A DNA stretch of 64,000 bases from Patescibacteria group bacterium (GCA_041671325.1 JBAZBR010000001.1:153771-217770); one strand, 5' to 3'. Shown: positions 20,331 to 30,842, counted from the stretch's first letter. A program made the numbers and translations. The notes: a model not told the origin generated them from the sequence alone.

Positions 20331-20974
20331 ATTGGTTTAAGGATGTCAACCGTGTCAATTGTTGGCGCGTTGACTGTCTTGGAAATCGGGTAGACTTGAA
20401 GCAAATCATCCGGAAAAACAGCCAAGCATTTCTTTAAGCTTTCAATTGGGCTTGTCAAATCCAACCATGTTTTTTCAGTTTCGGGATTTAAAATTACTGG
20501 CATGCGGTCATGTATTTTACTAATCAGCGAATTGGGTTCAGTCGTGATGATGGTGAAAGAGGGGAGGGTTTCATCCTTAAAAACATATGGCTCCCAAAGA
20601 CCGGCAAAAGCAAAGGGTTGGTTTGACTTTAAGGCAATCCGAAATGGCTGGCTGCCAGTCTTTAACCTTTGCCATTCAAAGAAGCCATCGCAAATCACCA
20701 AGCACCTTTGTTTTTGGAAGGCGTGTTTGAAAGTCGGCTTTTCTGCCACTGATTCAGCCCGGGCATTGATCAGACCTTCGGGTCTGTCCTTCAGCCATTT
20801 CAGTCTTAAACCCCAAATCCCAGGTTGGATAGCTTGAGGTTTTTCGTTGGTGATAACTGGCAAAATCTGTGAAGGCGCGGCATTATAGTGCTTAAAAATC
20901 TTGCCTTGGACTTTTGCGCCAAAGCGTTTTTCCAGGATTTCATCCGGTGAGAATATTGAATAACGGCCACACAT
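20327..20974 (-). CDS. SOS response-associated peptidase (SRAP/YedK family)
   Basis: MCGRY start, INARAES, GFFEW, IHDRMPVIL. Confidence 0.95.
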   Translation of the reverse strand: MCGRYSIFSPDEILEKRFGAKVQGKIFKHYNAAPSQILPVITNEKPQAIQPGIWGLRLKWLKDRPEGLINARAESVAEKPTFKHAFQKQRCLVICDGFFEWQRLKTGSQPFRIALKSNQPFAFAGLWEPYVFKDETLPSFTIITTEPNSLISKIHDRMPVILNPETEKTWLDLTSPIESLKKCLAVFPDDLLQVYPISKTVNAPTIDTVDILKPI

Positions 20975-21037
20975 AGATAAAAACAGTATATCTTGAGGCA
21001 GGAAAGCCGTAAAACTGATATAATATACCCATAAAAT

Positions 21038-21562
21038 ATGCCAAATCCAGTACCCACGCCAAAATCAATAAATCCAGAAGAAGAACCCGAGGATATTTTT
21101 GAATTTGTCGAAAAAACTCCTGAAAAACCAGTGGAAGTGAAGATTGAGAAAGTCCGGGAAGCCTTAGAACAGCACGGCGAGAGGTTTGAACCTAAAGCCG
21201 CCCAGCAAACCGAAACCCGTGAATTGCCAGCCCAAGCGCCTGTTTCAAGCCAACCGACCATGCCTCTGCCCATCGCTGAGGAAGAAAAACGGGTTCAAGA
21301 GGTGGAGCAAATATTAGCTGATGGCTTGCAGGATTTGTACATGTCTTTGCCTCCGGTAGAACAACAAAAATTTAAAATTGAAGGCGAAAAAGCTGCCCGG
21401 GAAGTCGTTGGTCTTTTAGGCCAAGTTAAAGTAAAAATTGATTTGATAATAAGCGTCATCCGCAGGTGGTTATCTATTATTCCAGGCGTGAATAAGTTTT
21501 TTATCGAGCAGGAATCAAAAATTAAAGCCCAAAAACTCCTACTCTTAAAACAAAGAAAATAA
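21038..21562 (+). CDS. hypothetical protein
   Basis: Long ORF; C-terminal 'WLSIIPGVNKFFIEQESKIK' helical domain; upstream of the ATPase gene. Confidence 0.7.
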   Translation: MPNPVPTPKSINPEEEPEDIFEFVEKTPEKPVEVKIEKVREALEQHGERFEPKAAQQTETRELPAQAPVSSQPTMPLPIAEEEKRVQEVEQILADGLQDLYMSLPPVEQQKFKIEGEKAAREVVGLLGQVKVKIDLIISVIRRWLSIIPGVNKFFIEQESKIKAQKLLLLKQRK

Positions 21563-21565
21563 AAT

Positions 21566-24115
21566 ATGTTAGGAATTTGGCCAAGTCCAGCCTTTGCCCA
21601 AGACCTGGAAACCGAAACCGCAATCCAGACTCCGTCTAATTACATTTTATACGGCGTAATTGCTTTGACCATAATTTTCATCATCTTGTTTTTCATTTGG
21701 TTAAGGCAACGGCGGAAGAAAAATGCGCCCGAAGGCCTGCAAAGAATCTGCCTAATGATTACCTTGCCAAAAGAACAGCAGGAAGAGGAAGGCAGCAAAG
21801 GCCCTTCTCGGATCCAGCACATGCAAGAACAGATAAGCGTAGGGGAATCATTCCTTTCGTTTTTGGGCAATATGCGTTCCCAACGCTGGTTTAACACTTT
21901 GGGCCGAGGCCGGAGCGACCATTTTAGCTTGGAAATCGTCGCGGATAGGGGCGATATCCGTTTTTATGCCGTCATTCCGCAGATGATGCAGGAATTCATG
22001 GAGCAGCAAATTCACGCCCAATATCCCAGCGCAGAAGTGGTTGTCCAACCAGAATATAATCCTTTTCGGCCGAAATCTTTTATCGTCGGCGCCATGCTGG
22101 CCCAGAAAAAAAATAAAGTTTTGCCGATGCTCACCTTTCGCCGGATGGATGTTGATCCTTTATCTGGTTTGACAAATGCCTTGAGCAAATTGGAAAAAGA
22201 CGAATCAGCGGTTATCCAATTTGTTTGTCGGTCTTCACACCCGCGCTGGCATATCCGCGCAAATTTGGTCATCAGGCAATTACGGGACGGAAAAAGGTCA
22301 GTGCTGTACAATCGGTACTGGGTATTTATGGCAAAAAGCATTATTTCCGGAATTTTTTCAACCTTTTTTTCCAAAAAATCCAAGCAAGACGAGCTTAGCT
22401 TGCAAAAGCAGCTGACTCCGGGTGATGAAGAAATTCTCCAGAAAGTTCAGGAAAAAAATGCCAAAGCCGGTTTAGACGTAAACATTCGGGTTATTGTATC
22501 ATGCCCAAATTTAAGCGCGGCTGACTTGCGTTTAAAAAACATTTTGGATTCTTTTGGTCAATATAATGCTTTTAATACTGGCAATACCTTAATAAGAAGA
22601 AATCCATGGAAAAAGGATGAACTAATCCATGATTTTATTTACCGTTCATTTGATAGATGGCGATTTTCAATTTTGAATGTGGAAGAGCTGGCCAGCATGT
22701 GGCATCTGCCTATTCCCTCAACGGAAACCCCGAACATTCGCTGGATCCTTTATCGGACCGCGCCACCGCCGATAAATATTCCGCCGACTGGAGTAATTTT
22801 AGGCTCCAGCCATTTCCGGGGTGAAGAAAAAATAATCAAGATTGCCCGGGAAGACCGGCGGCGTCATGTCTACATTATTGGTAAATCTGGCGTGGGTAAA
22901 TCCGTGCTCATGACGCAAATGGCCCTGCAGGATATTGCCAATGGCGATGGGGTTTGCGTGGTAGATCCGCATGGGGATTTAATCATGGATATCCTAGCCA
23001 GACTGCCGATACACCGCCGGAATGACGTCATCCATTTTAATCCTTCGGATGTTGAAAATCCTGTGGGTTTGAATATGCTGGACGCCAAGACGCCTGAAAC
23101 TCAGGATTTTGCCGTGCAGGAAATGATTGCGATTTTCATGAAATTGTTCCCGCCGGAAGTCATTGGCCCGATGTTTGAGCATAATATGCGCAATGTCATG
23201 TTAACCCTGATGGCTGACCGCGAACACCCAGGCACGATCGTGGAAATCCCACGGATGTTTACCGACCCGGTTTTCCAAAAAGCCAAAGTTTCCAAAGTTA
23301 CGGATCCGATCGTCAGGTCTTTTTGGGAAAAAGAAATGGCCAAGACTTCGGATTTCCACAAAAGCGAAATGCTGGGTTATCTGATTTCCAAAGTCGGCAG
23401 GTTTGTGGAAAACAGCATGATGCGCAATGTCATTGGCCAGTCGGAAAGCGGTTTTGATTTTGAAAAGATCATGAATGAAGGCAAAATTCTCTTAGTCAAC
23501 CTTTCCAAAGGCACGACCGGCGAAGTCAATGCCAACTTGCTTGGCTTGATAATTGTTTCCAAATTGCAAATGGCTGCCTTGCGCCGGGCCAGTCTGCCCC
23601 AAGAGCAAAGGAAAGATTTTTTCCTGTATATTGACGAGTTCCAAAATTTCATCACGGATTCCATCGCCACCATTTTGTCCGAAGCTAGAAAATACCGCTT
23701 GAACCTGACGATTGCCCACCAGTACGTCGGCCAGTTGGTGGAAAAGCAAGATACCCGCATTCGTGATGCGGTCTTCGGCAATGTTGGCACTATTGTGGCT
23801 TTCCGGGTTGGAGTCGAAGACGCGGAAATTTTTTCCCAAGCCTTTGCCCCAATCTTCAACCAGTTTGACGTGACTAATATGGAAAAATACACAGCCATCG
23901 TCAAACTGCTTATTGATAATGCTTCTTCCAAGCCATTTACCATGAACACTTTGCCGCCCAGTCAGCCAATTCCAGGCCAGGCCGAACAAATAGTCGCCTT
24001 ATCCAGGCAACTTTATGGGCGACCTCGGGCGCAAATCGAAGCCGAAATTATGGAAAGGTCGCAATTAGGCGCCAGTGCCGCCCCACCGCCCATGGTGGCG
24101 GAAAAAAAGGCGTAA
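21566..24115 (+). CDS. VirB4/TraG/HerA-like membrane-anchored ATPase (type IV secretion-related)
   Basis: N-terminal TM; Walker A GKSGVGKS, VDPHGD, Walker B LYIDEFQNF, SEARKYRL..AHQ. Confidence 0.88.
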   Translation: MLGIWPSPAFAQDLETETAIQTPSNYILYGVIALTIIFIILFFIWLRQRRKKNAPEGLQRICLMITLPKEQQEEEGSKGPSRIQHMQEQISVGESFLSFLGNMRSQRWFNTLGRGRSDHFSLEIVADRGDIRFYAVIPQMMQEFMEQQIHAQYPSAEVVVQPEYNPFRPKSFIVGAMLAQKKNKVLPMLTFRRMDVDPLSGLTNALSKLEKDESAVIQFVCRSSHPRWHIRANLVIRQLRDGKRSVLYNRYWVFMAKSIISGIFSTFFSKKSKQDELSLQKQLTPGDEEILQKVQEKNAKAGLDVNIRVIVSCPNLSAADLRLKNILDSFGQYNAFNTGNTLIRRNPWKKDELIHDFIYRSFDRWRFSILNVEELASMWHLPIPSTETPNIRWILYRTAPPPINIPPTGVILGSSHFRGEEKIIKIAREDRRRHVYIIGKSGVGKSVLMTQMALQDIANGDGVCVVDPHGDLIMDILARLPIHRRNDVIHFNPSDVENPVGLNMLDAKTPETQDFAVQEMIAIFMKLFPPEVIGPMFEHNMRNVMLTLMADREHPGTIVEIPRMFTDPVFQKAKVSKVTDPIVRSFWEKEMAKTSDFHKSEMLGYLISKVGRFVENSMMRNVIGQSESGFDFEKIMNEGKILLVNLSKGTTGEVNANLLGLIIVSKLQMAALRRASLPQEQRKDFFLYIDEFQNFITDSIATILSEARKYRLNLTIAHQYVGQLVEKQDTRIRDAVFGNVGTIVAFRVGVEDAEIFSQAFAPIFNQFDVTNMEKYTAIVKLLIDNASSKPFTMNTLPPSQPIPGQAEQIVALSRQLYGRPRAQIEAEIMERSQLGASAAPPPMVAEKKA

Positions 24116-24133
24116 ATTTTATTTTAATTTGCT

Positions 24134-24535
24134 ATGAAAACTATACCCGATTCACGGACTGAAGAAATTTCCAATAAGCAGATTGTGATATTAAAACAAT
24201 CTTGGCTGTTAATATTGATTATCGCGTTAGCAATGTTAATAGCCGGAGGAATGTATTATTGGTCGCAGGTACGTCCTGTTTATATCCGGCGTGAATGTCA
24301 GGTCATGGTAGACCATGTTCTTGCTGAAAAGCTAGCAAAAAATGGTTTTTATTATAATAATGAAAGTCGATGGGTAAGGACTGAAACAAAAGATTGTAGT
24401 TATCTAGATGAACTACTAGAAAATAAAGAATGTGGCAGACCGGTCATCAAGGAACTTGATCCAGAGGACTTAGTAGAAAATCAAGAAGTCGCCAACAAGT
24501 CTTATACCCCGTGTTTACGGAGGCATGGGCTGTAA
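24134..24535 (+). CDS. hypothetical membrane-anchored protein
   Basis: N-terminal TM; 'VRP..IR.EC' and 'Y..CLRRHGL' motifs. Confidence 0.65.
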   Translation: MKTIPDSRTEEISNKQIVILKQSWLLILIIALAMLIAGGMYYWSQVRPVYIRRECQVMVDHVLAEKLAKNGFYYNNESRWVRTETKDCSYLDELLENKECGRPVIKELDPEDLVENQEVANKSYTPCLRRHGL

Positions 24536-24587
24536 TACCAGTTAAACAAAATTCGTTTTTGGCCTAAACAATAAATAACCAAACATT

Positions 24588-25031
24588 ATGATTGTCATTC
24601 ACGTTTTAATATCAATAATATTCTACTTTATCTTAATGTATCTAAGTATAAATCTGTTAGGGCTGCTCATAAGAGGTCTCTTTACTTATCCAGAAATTGA
24701 TAAAATAAAAGCCGAAACAAAGAATGATTTTATTAAAAAAGAAATTGGAAAATCTGAACGCGCTGATAAATGGATTAATCTCATCGCGTTTTTAGGTATT
24801 ATCGGTTATATTTATGCCACATTTCATTTTTGGAATATAGGGGTTTCTGCTATTGCAATAGTATTGATGTTGGTCAGGCTTCCTTATTTACTATGGGAAA
24901 TTAAAACAGGACAAGAACTTAACCGTGTTGCCTCAGTCTTTTCTATGCCCAAAAACGCTTTGCAATATATTGCTACTTTTTTAACCTTAGCTGCCCTACC
25001 AGCTTTATATTATTTTTTGTATCACTTTTAA
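24588..25031 (+). CDS. hypothetical membrane protein
   Basis: 4 hydrophobic segments, AT-rich. Confidence 0.6.
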   Translation: MIVIHVLISIIFYFILMYLSINLLGLLIRGLFTYPEIDKIKAETKNDFIKKEIGKSERADKWINLIAFLGIIGYIYATFHFWNIGVSAIAIVLMLVRLPYLLWEIKTGQELNRVASVFSMPKNALQYIATFLTLAALPALYYFLYHF

Positions 25032-25147
25032 AAACGTCTTAAGTAAATAAGCACTTAAATTTTAAGAATCACAGGCAAAAAATTAATTTCATCTAACATG
25101 GGTTAGTTGGCTAGATGGCTAAATAAAACTACCTTAATAAATATGTC

Positions 25148-25384
25148 ATGAAAAAAGTTATTGATTTACTCACTGTAAATAAATATTACCGAATGAGCGA
25201 TGGTGATTTAGAAAGAGAGGCAGCAAAATGGAAAATTGGAGAATATTTTGATGGACGTTTAATCTCAAGAAGACTAGTAATTGAACAGTTAATTGAGCGC
25301 CAAAAAGCAAACAATTCAAGAATTGCGATTTTCATATCATTTATTGCTTTGCTAATAAGCCTTGTCGCATTACTCATACCTTGA
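25148..25384 (+). CDS. small hypothetical protein with C-terminal TM
   Basis: 78-aa ORF co-oriented in the island. Confidence 0.5.
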   Translation: MKKVIDLLTVNKYYRMSDGDLEREAAKWKIGEYFDGRLISRRLVIEQLIERQKANNSRIAIFISFIALLISLVALLIP

Positions 25385-25400
25385 ATCTGGTAACAAAAAA

Positions 25401-25508
25401 ACTGCGCCCACTCACCCAAATTGCTTGTTCACTTACGCGGTCGGCTCCGCCGGAATGATACCGCGACGCTCTATCGCAACTTCGGCTAGCCCGAAACGTC
25501 AGGCGCCA
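25401..25508 (+). repeat. intergenic palindromic repeat, attC-like (partial copies at 26156-26210 and 26765-26820)
   Basis: TCACC(C/T)AAATTGCTTGT shared with 26765; GGCTA(G/A)CCCGAAACGT shared with 26191; internal CGCGGT/ACCGCG stem. Confidence 0.55.
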
Positions 25509-25528
25509 TTAGGCAGATATTTATATCT

Positions 25529-25825
25529 ATGAAAGTATTTACAAGGGAAGAGTGGATAAAATTACTAAAAAGAGATCTTTCGCCGTTACCTTCAAATGAT
25601 AGTCCAGTTCATCAATACGCGGTCCCGGAGAATCTAATTGTAACAGTGACTACAAAGAATAAGGTCAGGAGAAATTATACATTCGGTGGGCCAATCTGGT
25701 GCGGTATATTAGATTTTTCTAATGAGAGTGTATTAAAGCTGACATATTTAAGCCCATTGAAAAAACCTCATAATATCAAGTGGAATAAAATTAAAGAAAT
25801 TACACTACATTACATATCTACCTGA
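25529..25825 (+). CDS. hypothetical protein
   Basis: 98-aa ORF directly after the repeat. Confidence 0.55.
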   Translation: MKVFTREEWIKLLKRDLSPLPSNDSPVHQYAVPENLIVTVTTKNKVRRNYTFGGPIWCGILDFSNESVLKLTYLSPLKKPHNIKWNKIKEITLHYIST

Positions 25826-25863
25826 CATCACTTAACACAGGCTAGTCGGTTCGTGAGAAAAAA

Positions 25864-26145
25864 ATGAGACTAACCAATATTTTTCAAAGTAAAATAATAA
25901 TACTAGCTTTGTTTATTATTTTAATACTCATATTACATGGTTGTGCTTTATCTGAACCAAATGAAACCTCATCGTCTACTTCCGATTGTCATCCTAGCTA
26001 TTCGGAATGTCTAAAAGCAGATGCTAGTGATTATGATTGTGCCGGTGGTTCCGGGAATGGTCCATTCTATACAGGGAGAGTGAAAGTCACGGGTCCAGAT
26101 GAATTTGATCTAGATCGTGATAACGATGGTTGGGGGTGTGAATAA
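25864..26145 (+). CDS. small lipoprotein with excalibur-like Ca-binding Cys motif
   Basis: Lipobox-like LHGC; CHPSY..C...DYDC..GSGNGP...D.F.LDRDNDGWGCE. Confidence 0.75.
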   Translation: MRLTNIFQSKIIILALFIILILILHGCALSEPNETSSSTSDCHPSYSECLKADASDYDCAGGSGNGPFYTGRVKVTGPDEFDLDRDNDGWGCE

Positions 26146-26254
26146 TATAATTTTACCTCACCCATATCTCTCAGCTTCGCTCGGGTCATTGGCTAACCCG
26201 AAACGTTTTATTTTACGGCTTATTCAATTCGCGAGCTACACACTAATTTGATCT

Positions 26255-26752
26255 ATGAGTTACTACATTATTATCCGAGGACCACTCGGCTGCGGGAAAT
26301 CAACTATCTCAGAGCGATTAGCAATGGCGTTCAACGCAGAGCACATTTCTGTTGATCGCGTTCTAGATGATCACGGATTGACAGATGACAAAGAGGATGG
26401 ATATATCTCTCAAGCCAGCTTCAAACGTGCTAATGAAATCATTACCCCGAAAGCTAAAGAGTTTTTGGATAACGGTAAAACCATTGTCTTTGATGGAAAC
26501 TTCTACTGGAAGTCCCAACTGGATGATCTCATCCAAAGATTAGATTATCCTCATTACGTATTTACCCTTAAAGTTCCTCTGGAGCTCTGTATTGTACGCG
26601 ATCACAAAAGAGATAAAACACATGGAAAAGACGCAGCCGAGGCGGTTTATGCAAAATCAACGTCATTTGAGTACGGCATGCCGATTGATGCCACTGGAAC
26701 GATTGATGAAACAATCAACAAAATCTGTTCTTTTATTCCAGCATTAAATTAG
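26255..26752 (+). CDS. P-loop nucleotide kinase / AAA_33-like protein
   Basis: IIRGPLGCGKST Walker A, IVFDG, LELCIVRD..R lid motif. Confidence 0.85.
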   Translation: MSYYIIIRGPLGCGKSTISERLAMAFNAEHISVDRVLDDHGLTDDKEDGYISQASFKRANEIITPKAKEFLDNGKTIVFDGNFYWKSQLDDLIQRLDYPHYVFTLKVPLELCIVRDHKRDKTHGKDAAEAVYAKSTSFEYGMPIDATGTIDETINKICSFIPALN

Positions 26753-26857
26753 TATGTAACTTGTTCACCTAAATTGCTTGTCCGCTTAGGCGGTTGGCAT
26801 GCCGGCCAATTATACCGCCCCGCCGCCTATGGTGGCAGAGAAGAAGGCTTAAAAATA

Positions 26858-27859
26858 CTAAGATTTTTTTGAAGCGGCTTCTTCGAACGCTTTATCAATA
26901 AGTTCGGCAATTTTATTAACAACCGCTTCTGGATCGGCTTTTTCATCGAAAAAAATGTTATGGTAGTTTTCGGCTTTAAAACCCATGCTGTTAAGCATGG
27001 ACCAAACTCGGTCTTGTTGGGCTTTAAAATGATTAGGTAAGATGACCAAGTGCGCAATTTTCCGGTTTTCGGCATCTAAAAACGCTGAAGCATCCAATGC
27101 TTCGCACATCCAACGGCCTTGCTTTGACCTTAACACAAAACTTTCAGAACCATTATTAAACCTGATGGTCTTATCCTTAACCTCTTCGCCAGATACTATT
27201 TCTTTTAAACCCTCGCCCTCCAATAAGCCGGGGTTATTTTGGTATAAAGCCCTTATTAATTCAGGAGCTTTTTCAGTCTTACTGCTTTCAGACACTAATA
27301 AATAATTTTCATTTTCTTGGTCTTCATTTTTTATGACCCCTTGCTCCTGTAAAAATTGCTTTATGCTGGCCTTAAAATTTTCCTTGACTTCATCTGAAAG
27401 CGCAATTTGTTTAGTCTCACCCTGACCTCCGGCTTTTTCAAAATTTTTTGCTAAGGGGTCAACCGGTACACCGCTTGGGCCTGTGGTATCTGGCAGATCA
27501 GTATTATATTCATCATAAAGTGAGATCATCCGAGCTTTTTTAAATTTTTCCCTTAGGTATCTGCCAATAGCTACGCCTATCTTGTCGATATTCGGCAGGT
27601 TTTCTTTTAAAATATCCCCAGTGGCTAAATTATGGTCAGAAAGGTAAGGACTATAAGATTCCCATTCTAATTGCGTACCCTGTAAATAAGCTTTAATAAT
27701 CTGATCTATTTGGCATTTTTCAAAATCCACAATTTCCCGGGAAACTTCCTGGTTTTCTGGTTGAGAGATAACTTCAGTTCTTTTCAAGGCTTGTTCTTGA
27801 TTAAATTGTGCTGCCGCTGCTTTTTCTTCAGTTGACCGAAAACCGATGGCTTCAGACAT
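26858..27859 (-). CDS. hypothetical protein
   Basis: 333-aa acidic ORF with ATG start; no recognised motif. Confidence 0.7.
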   Translation of the reverse strand: MSEAIGFRSTEEKAAAAQFNQEQALKRTEVISQPENQEVSREIVDFEKCQIDQIIKAYLQGTQLEWESYSPYLSDHNLATGDILKENLPNIDKIGVAIGRYLREKFKKARMISLYDEYNTDLPDTTGPSGVPVDPLAKNFEKAGGQGETKQIALSDEVKENFKASIKQFLQEQGVIKNEDQENENYLLVSESSKTEKAPELIRALYQNNPGLLEGEGLKEIVSGEEVKDKTIRFNNGSESFVLRSKQGRWMCEALDASAFLDAENRKIAHLVILPNHFKAQQDRVWSMLNSMGFKAENYHNIFFDEKADPEAVVNKIAELIDKAFEEAASKKS

Positions 27860-27987
27860 ATATACTTAATTAATTTTGTACGTTTTCATTTTAATCTAAT
27901 TTGGTCTTAAGTCAAATATTTGACTTCTGCTTTGAATTGGTTTAAGTTTGAATGAAAATAAAGAACCTTTAAAAAGAAGGGTTAAAA

Positions 27988-28614
27988 ATGAGGCGCCAGA
28001 GAATTGGCTATACTCGGAAAGTTTTTACCAAGCAATTTATTGAAAAGTTAATTTTATCAAAATTCAACTCTGACGAAATCAGGTTGATTATGTTGGCTTG
28101 GCTATTTTCCGAAGTGGGGCATAAAGGGCAGACCCGAAAAGATGGTATCACTCCTTACGCTTATCATCCGCTCAGAGTTGTTTTGATCTTGATGTTGGAA
28201 TGCGGAGTTTTCCTGACAAGAACGTGTATTTTGGGCTTTATTCATGACTTGCGTGAAGATTCAGAAATCCTGACCGATGAACTAGTAAGACTGCTTTTCG
28301 GTGAAGCCGTGCTTGCAGATTGGCTGACGATTTCCAAATTTCCGGGTAAAAATTATTTTGCCGAGTTTGAAAAAGCCTCTTGGCTGGCAATCCTGGTCAA
28401 ACTGGCTGATCGGCTTGATAATTTACGCGATTTTAAAGCCCCAGAGTCTTTTCGGCGCGAATACATTGCTGAAACCGAAGCTAATTACTTTGCGCTGATT
28501 AGGATTTTTGAGAGAAAAGCTCCCAAAAGATATAAGCACTTAGCGAATTACTTCAGGCTTGAGCTTAATTACGCCCTAGCCAAAGTCCGCCGGTCTTTAA
28601 AAAAAGCAACTTGA
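27988..28614 (+). CDS. HD-domain protein, RelA/SpoT hydrolase-like (small alarmone hydrolase/Mesh1-like)
   Basis: HKGQTRKDGITPYAYHPLRV, IHDLRED, VKLADRLDNLRD. Confidence 0.85.
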   Translation: MRRQRIGYTRKVFTKQFIEKLILSKFNSDEIRLIMLAWLFSEVGHKGQTRKDGITPYAYHPLRVVLILMLECGVFLTRTCILGFIHDLREDSEILTDELVRLLFGEAVLADWLTISKFPGKNYFAEFEKASWLAILVKLADRLDNLRDFKAPESFRREYIAETEANYFALIRIFERKAPKRYKHLANYFRLELNYALAKVRRSLKKAT

Positions 28615-28630
28615 TTAAAGCGCGTCAGCC

Positions 28631-29473
28631 TTATGGCGCGCTTTTTGTAATAATCAGGAATCTGGTTTTTTGACTTAAATCCTTTTGGAATTCAAATTTA
28701 TAATTATTATAATCCCGCATTTTGGTTTCCAGCCAAGGCTCTTGGGCGGGAGAGATTTCCAAAATCGCCTGGGGGATTTGCTTGTCAATAATTTCCTCAA
28801 TCAGTTGGTAAATTAAGTCTAAACCTTGCCGGCCGCCATCAAGGGCAAGTTTTGGCTCAAAGGGGACATTCTGGAGTTCTGTCTGAGTCAAATAGGGAAG
28901 ATTACTAATAACCAAATCCAAACGGGCAAATTTATTTATGGGCTGGAGGTATTTGCCTTTTAAGAATTTAACTTTGGCATTTTGGCCATGAAGTTTGGCA
29001 TTAGTCCTGGCAACCGCTAAGGCTTTTTCCGATGGGTCAAGCGCCAGGATTTCCGCTAAGGGAAAGTATTTTGCCAAGGTAATAGCCAAACAGCCTGAAC
29101 CAGTGCCGACATCCGCAATCGTCAGCCGGATATCGCGTTTATAATTCTGCAAAACCCAATCAACTATTTGTTCGGTTTCCGGGCGGGGGATTAAGACGTT
29201 TTCGTCAACCTTAAAATCCAAACCATAAAAACCCTTGCTGCCAGTCAAATAAGCCATTGGCCAGCCTTTAATCCTTTTTTTCAATAAGCTATAAAATATT
29301 TTGGATTGGCTGGCTGTAATTTTGTAATCCGGGTGGGCTACTAAATAACTGACCGGTTGTTTCAAGACAAGACTCAAAATATCCCGGGCTTCATTTAAAG
29401 TTACGGGAGTTAAATTAATTATTTTTTGGGCTTGGAGCAATATTTCTTCAATCGAAAGGGTTTTTGCCCGCAT
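28631..29473 (-). CDS. prmC: release factor glutamine methyltransferase
   Basis: VLIPRPETE, DVGTGSGC, SNLPY, EPKLALDGG; adjacent to prfA. Confidence 0.95.
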   Translation of the reverse strand: MRAKTLSIEEILLQAQKIINLTPVTLNEARDILSLVLKQPVSYLVAHPDYKITASQSKIFYSLLKKRIKGWPMAYLTGSKGFYGLDFKVDENVLIPRPETEQIVDWVLQNYKRDIRLTIADVGTGSGCLAITLAKYFPLAEILALDPSEKALAVARTNAKLHGQNAKVKFLKGKYLQPINKFARLDLVISNLPYLTQTELQNVPFEPKLALDGGRQGLDLIYQLIEEIIDKQIPQAILEISPAQEPWLETKMRDYNNYKFEFQKDLSQKTRFLIITKSAP

Positions 29474-29474
29474 A

Positions 29475-30518
29475 TTAGCTGTTTTCTCGGCGCATTTTTT
29501 GCAGGGCAACAGTTATTTTTTCAATATCGCCATCCATAATGCTGTTAATATTATGAAAGTTTTCATTCAAACGGTGATCGGTTATACGGTCTTGGGGGAA
29601 ATTATAGGTCCGGATTTTTTCACTGCGGTCGCCACTGCCGACTTGGCTTTTCCTGATGCGGGAATCTTCGATGCGTTTTTTTTCTTGTTGCATGTCAAAA
29701 ACCCTGGCCCGCAAGACTTCCATGGCTTTCTCCCTATTTTGTTTTTGCGACCTTTCGTCTTGGCATTTGACTACAATGCCAGTAGGAATATGGGTCATCC
29801 TGACAGCGGAGTAGGTAGTGTTAACAGATTGGCCGCCATGCCCAGAAGAAGTCGTTACTTCAAGTTTTACTTCCTCGGGTTTGATTTGGACATCACCTTC
29901 TTCCACAACTGGAAGGACAGCTACTGTTGAGGTGGAAGTGTGGACCCGACCGCTTTTTTCTGTAGCTGGCACCCTTTGCACGCGATGCACGCCTGATTCT
30001 GTTCTTAGTATGCCATAAGCATCCAAACCGTTTACTTCAAAAATAATTTCTTTATATCCGCCAATGCCTGTCCGGTTAGTATCTAAAATGTGGGTTGACC
30101 AGCCTTGCCTTTCGGCAAAACGGATATACATGCGGGAAAGTTCAGCCGCAAATAAGCCTGACTCATCCCCGCCAGCACCGGCGCGAATTTCAATTATGAC
30201 ATTATGGGAATCCAGCGGGTCTTTTGGTTTTTCAAAATCCAATATTTTTTGGCTTACTTCCTTAAGTTCTTCAACAATTCTCTTTTCTTCATCAGAGCCT
30301 AAACTTACTAACTCCAGATCAGCATCCATTTGCGCGGATTTGGCGTCGACTAGCTGTTTTTCAAGCAAATTTTTTTGAGTTAGCAAGTTTAAACTTTCCA
30401 AAACCTCTTTAAGTTCGCGAGAAAATTTTTGTAAACTTAAAGCGTCACCAGAACTGGCGGCGTTCTGGATTTTTGTTTCTAATTCCTCGCGTTTTTTTAA
30501 TAAGTCAATTTTGTCCAT
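29475..30518 (-). CDS. prfA: peptide chain release factor 1
   Basis: [10 protein letters not shown] (PxT motif), [17 protein letters not shown]. Confidence 0.97.
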   Translation of the reverse strand: MDKIDLLKKREELETKIQNAASSGDALSLQKFSRELKEVLESLNLLTQKNLLEKQLVDAKSAQMDADLELVSLGSDEEKRIVEELKEVSQKILDFEKPKDPLDSHNVIIEIRAGAGGDESGLFAAELSRMYIRFAERQGWSTHILDTNRTGIGGYKEIIFEVNGLDAYGILRTESGVHRVQRVPATEKSGRVHTSTSTVAVLPVVEEGDVQIKPEEVKLEVTTSSGHGGQSVNTTYSAVRMTHIPTGIVVKCQDERSQKQNREKAMEVLRARVFDMQQEKKRIEDSRIRKSQVGSGDRSEKIRTYNFPQDRITDHRLNENFHNINSIMDGDIEKITVALQKMRRENS

Positions 30519-30587
30519 AAATATTTGCTTGCACTGAACGATAGCCAAAAAGCCCCAATAAAAAAATTGAGACTAAGTTTGCCAGGG

Positions 30588-30842
30588 TTATTTTTTTGAC
30601 TTGGTTTTTTTTTGCGCTAATCTCGAAGTTACTTTAGCGGTTGATTTCTCTTTCAAACGCTTAAACCTCTCAACCCGGCCTTGGGTATCAACAACCTTTT
30701 GTTTGCCCGTAAAAAGCGGATGGCAATTGGAACAAACTTCCACGTGAAGCTCTTTTTGGGTGGAACCCGTAGTAAAGCTATGGCCGCAACCGCAAATAAC
30801 CTTGGCGTCAGTATGGTATTCTGGGTGGATTTTTTTCTTCAT
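30588..30842 (-). CDS. rpmE: 50S ribosomal protein L31
   Basis: [29 protein letters not shown]. Confidence 0.97.
   Translation of the reverse strand: MKKKIHPEYHTDAKVICGCGHSFTTGSTQKELHVEVCSNCHPLFTGKQKVVDTQGRVERFKRLKEKSTAKVTSRLAQKKTKSKK

Larger units (their letters stand above)
24080..26852. mobile_element. small island bounded by a direct repeat of the ATPase gene 3' end
   Basis: 24080-24115 and 26817-26852 both encode APPPMVAEKKA* with 6 synonymous differences. Confidence 0.75.
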
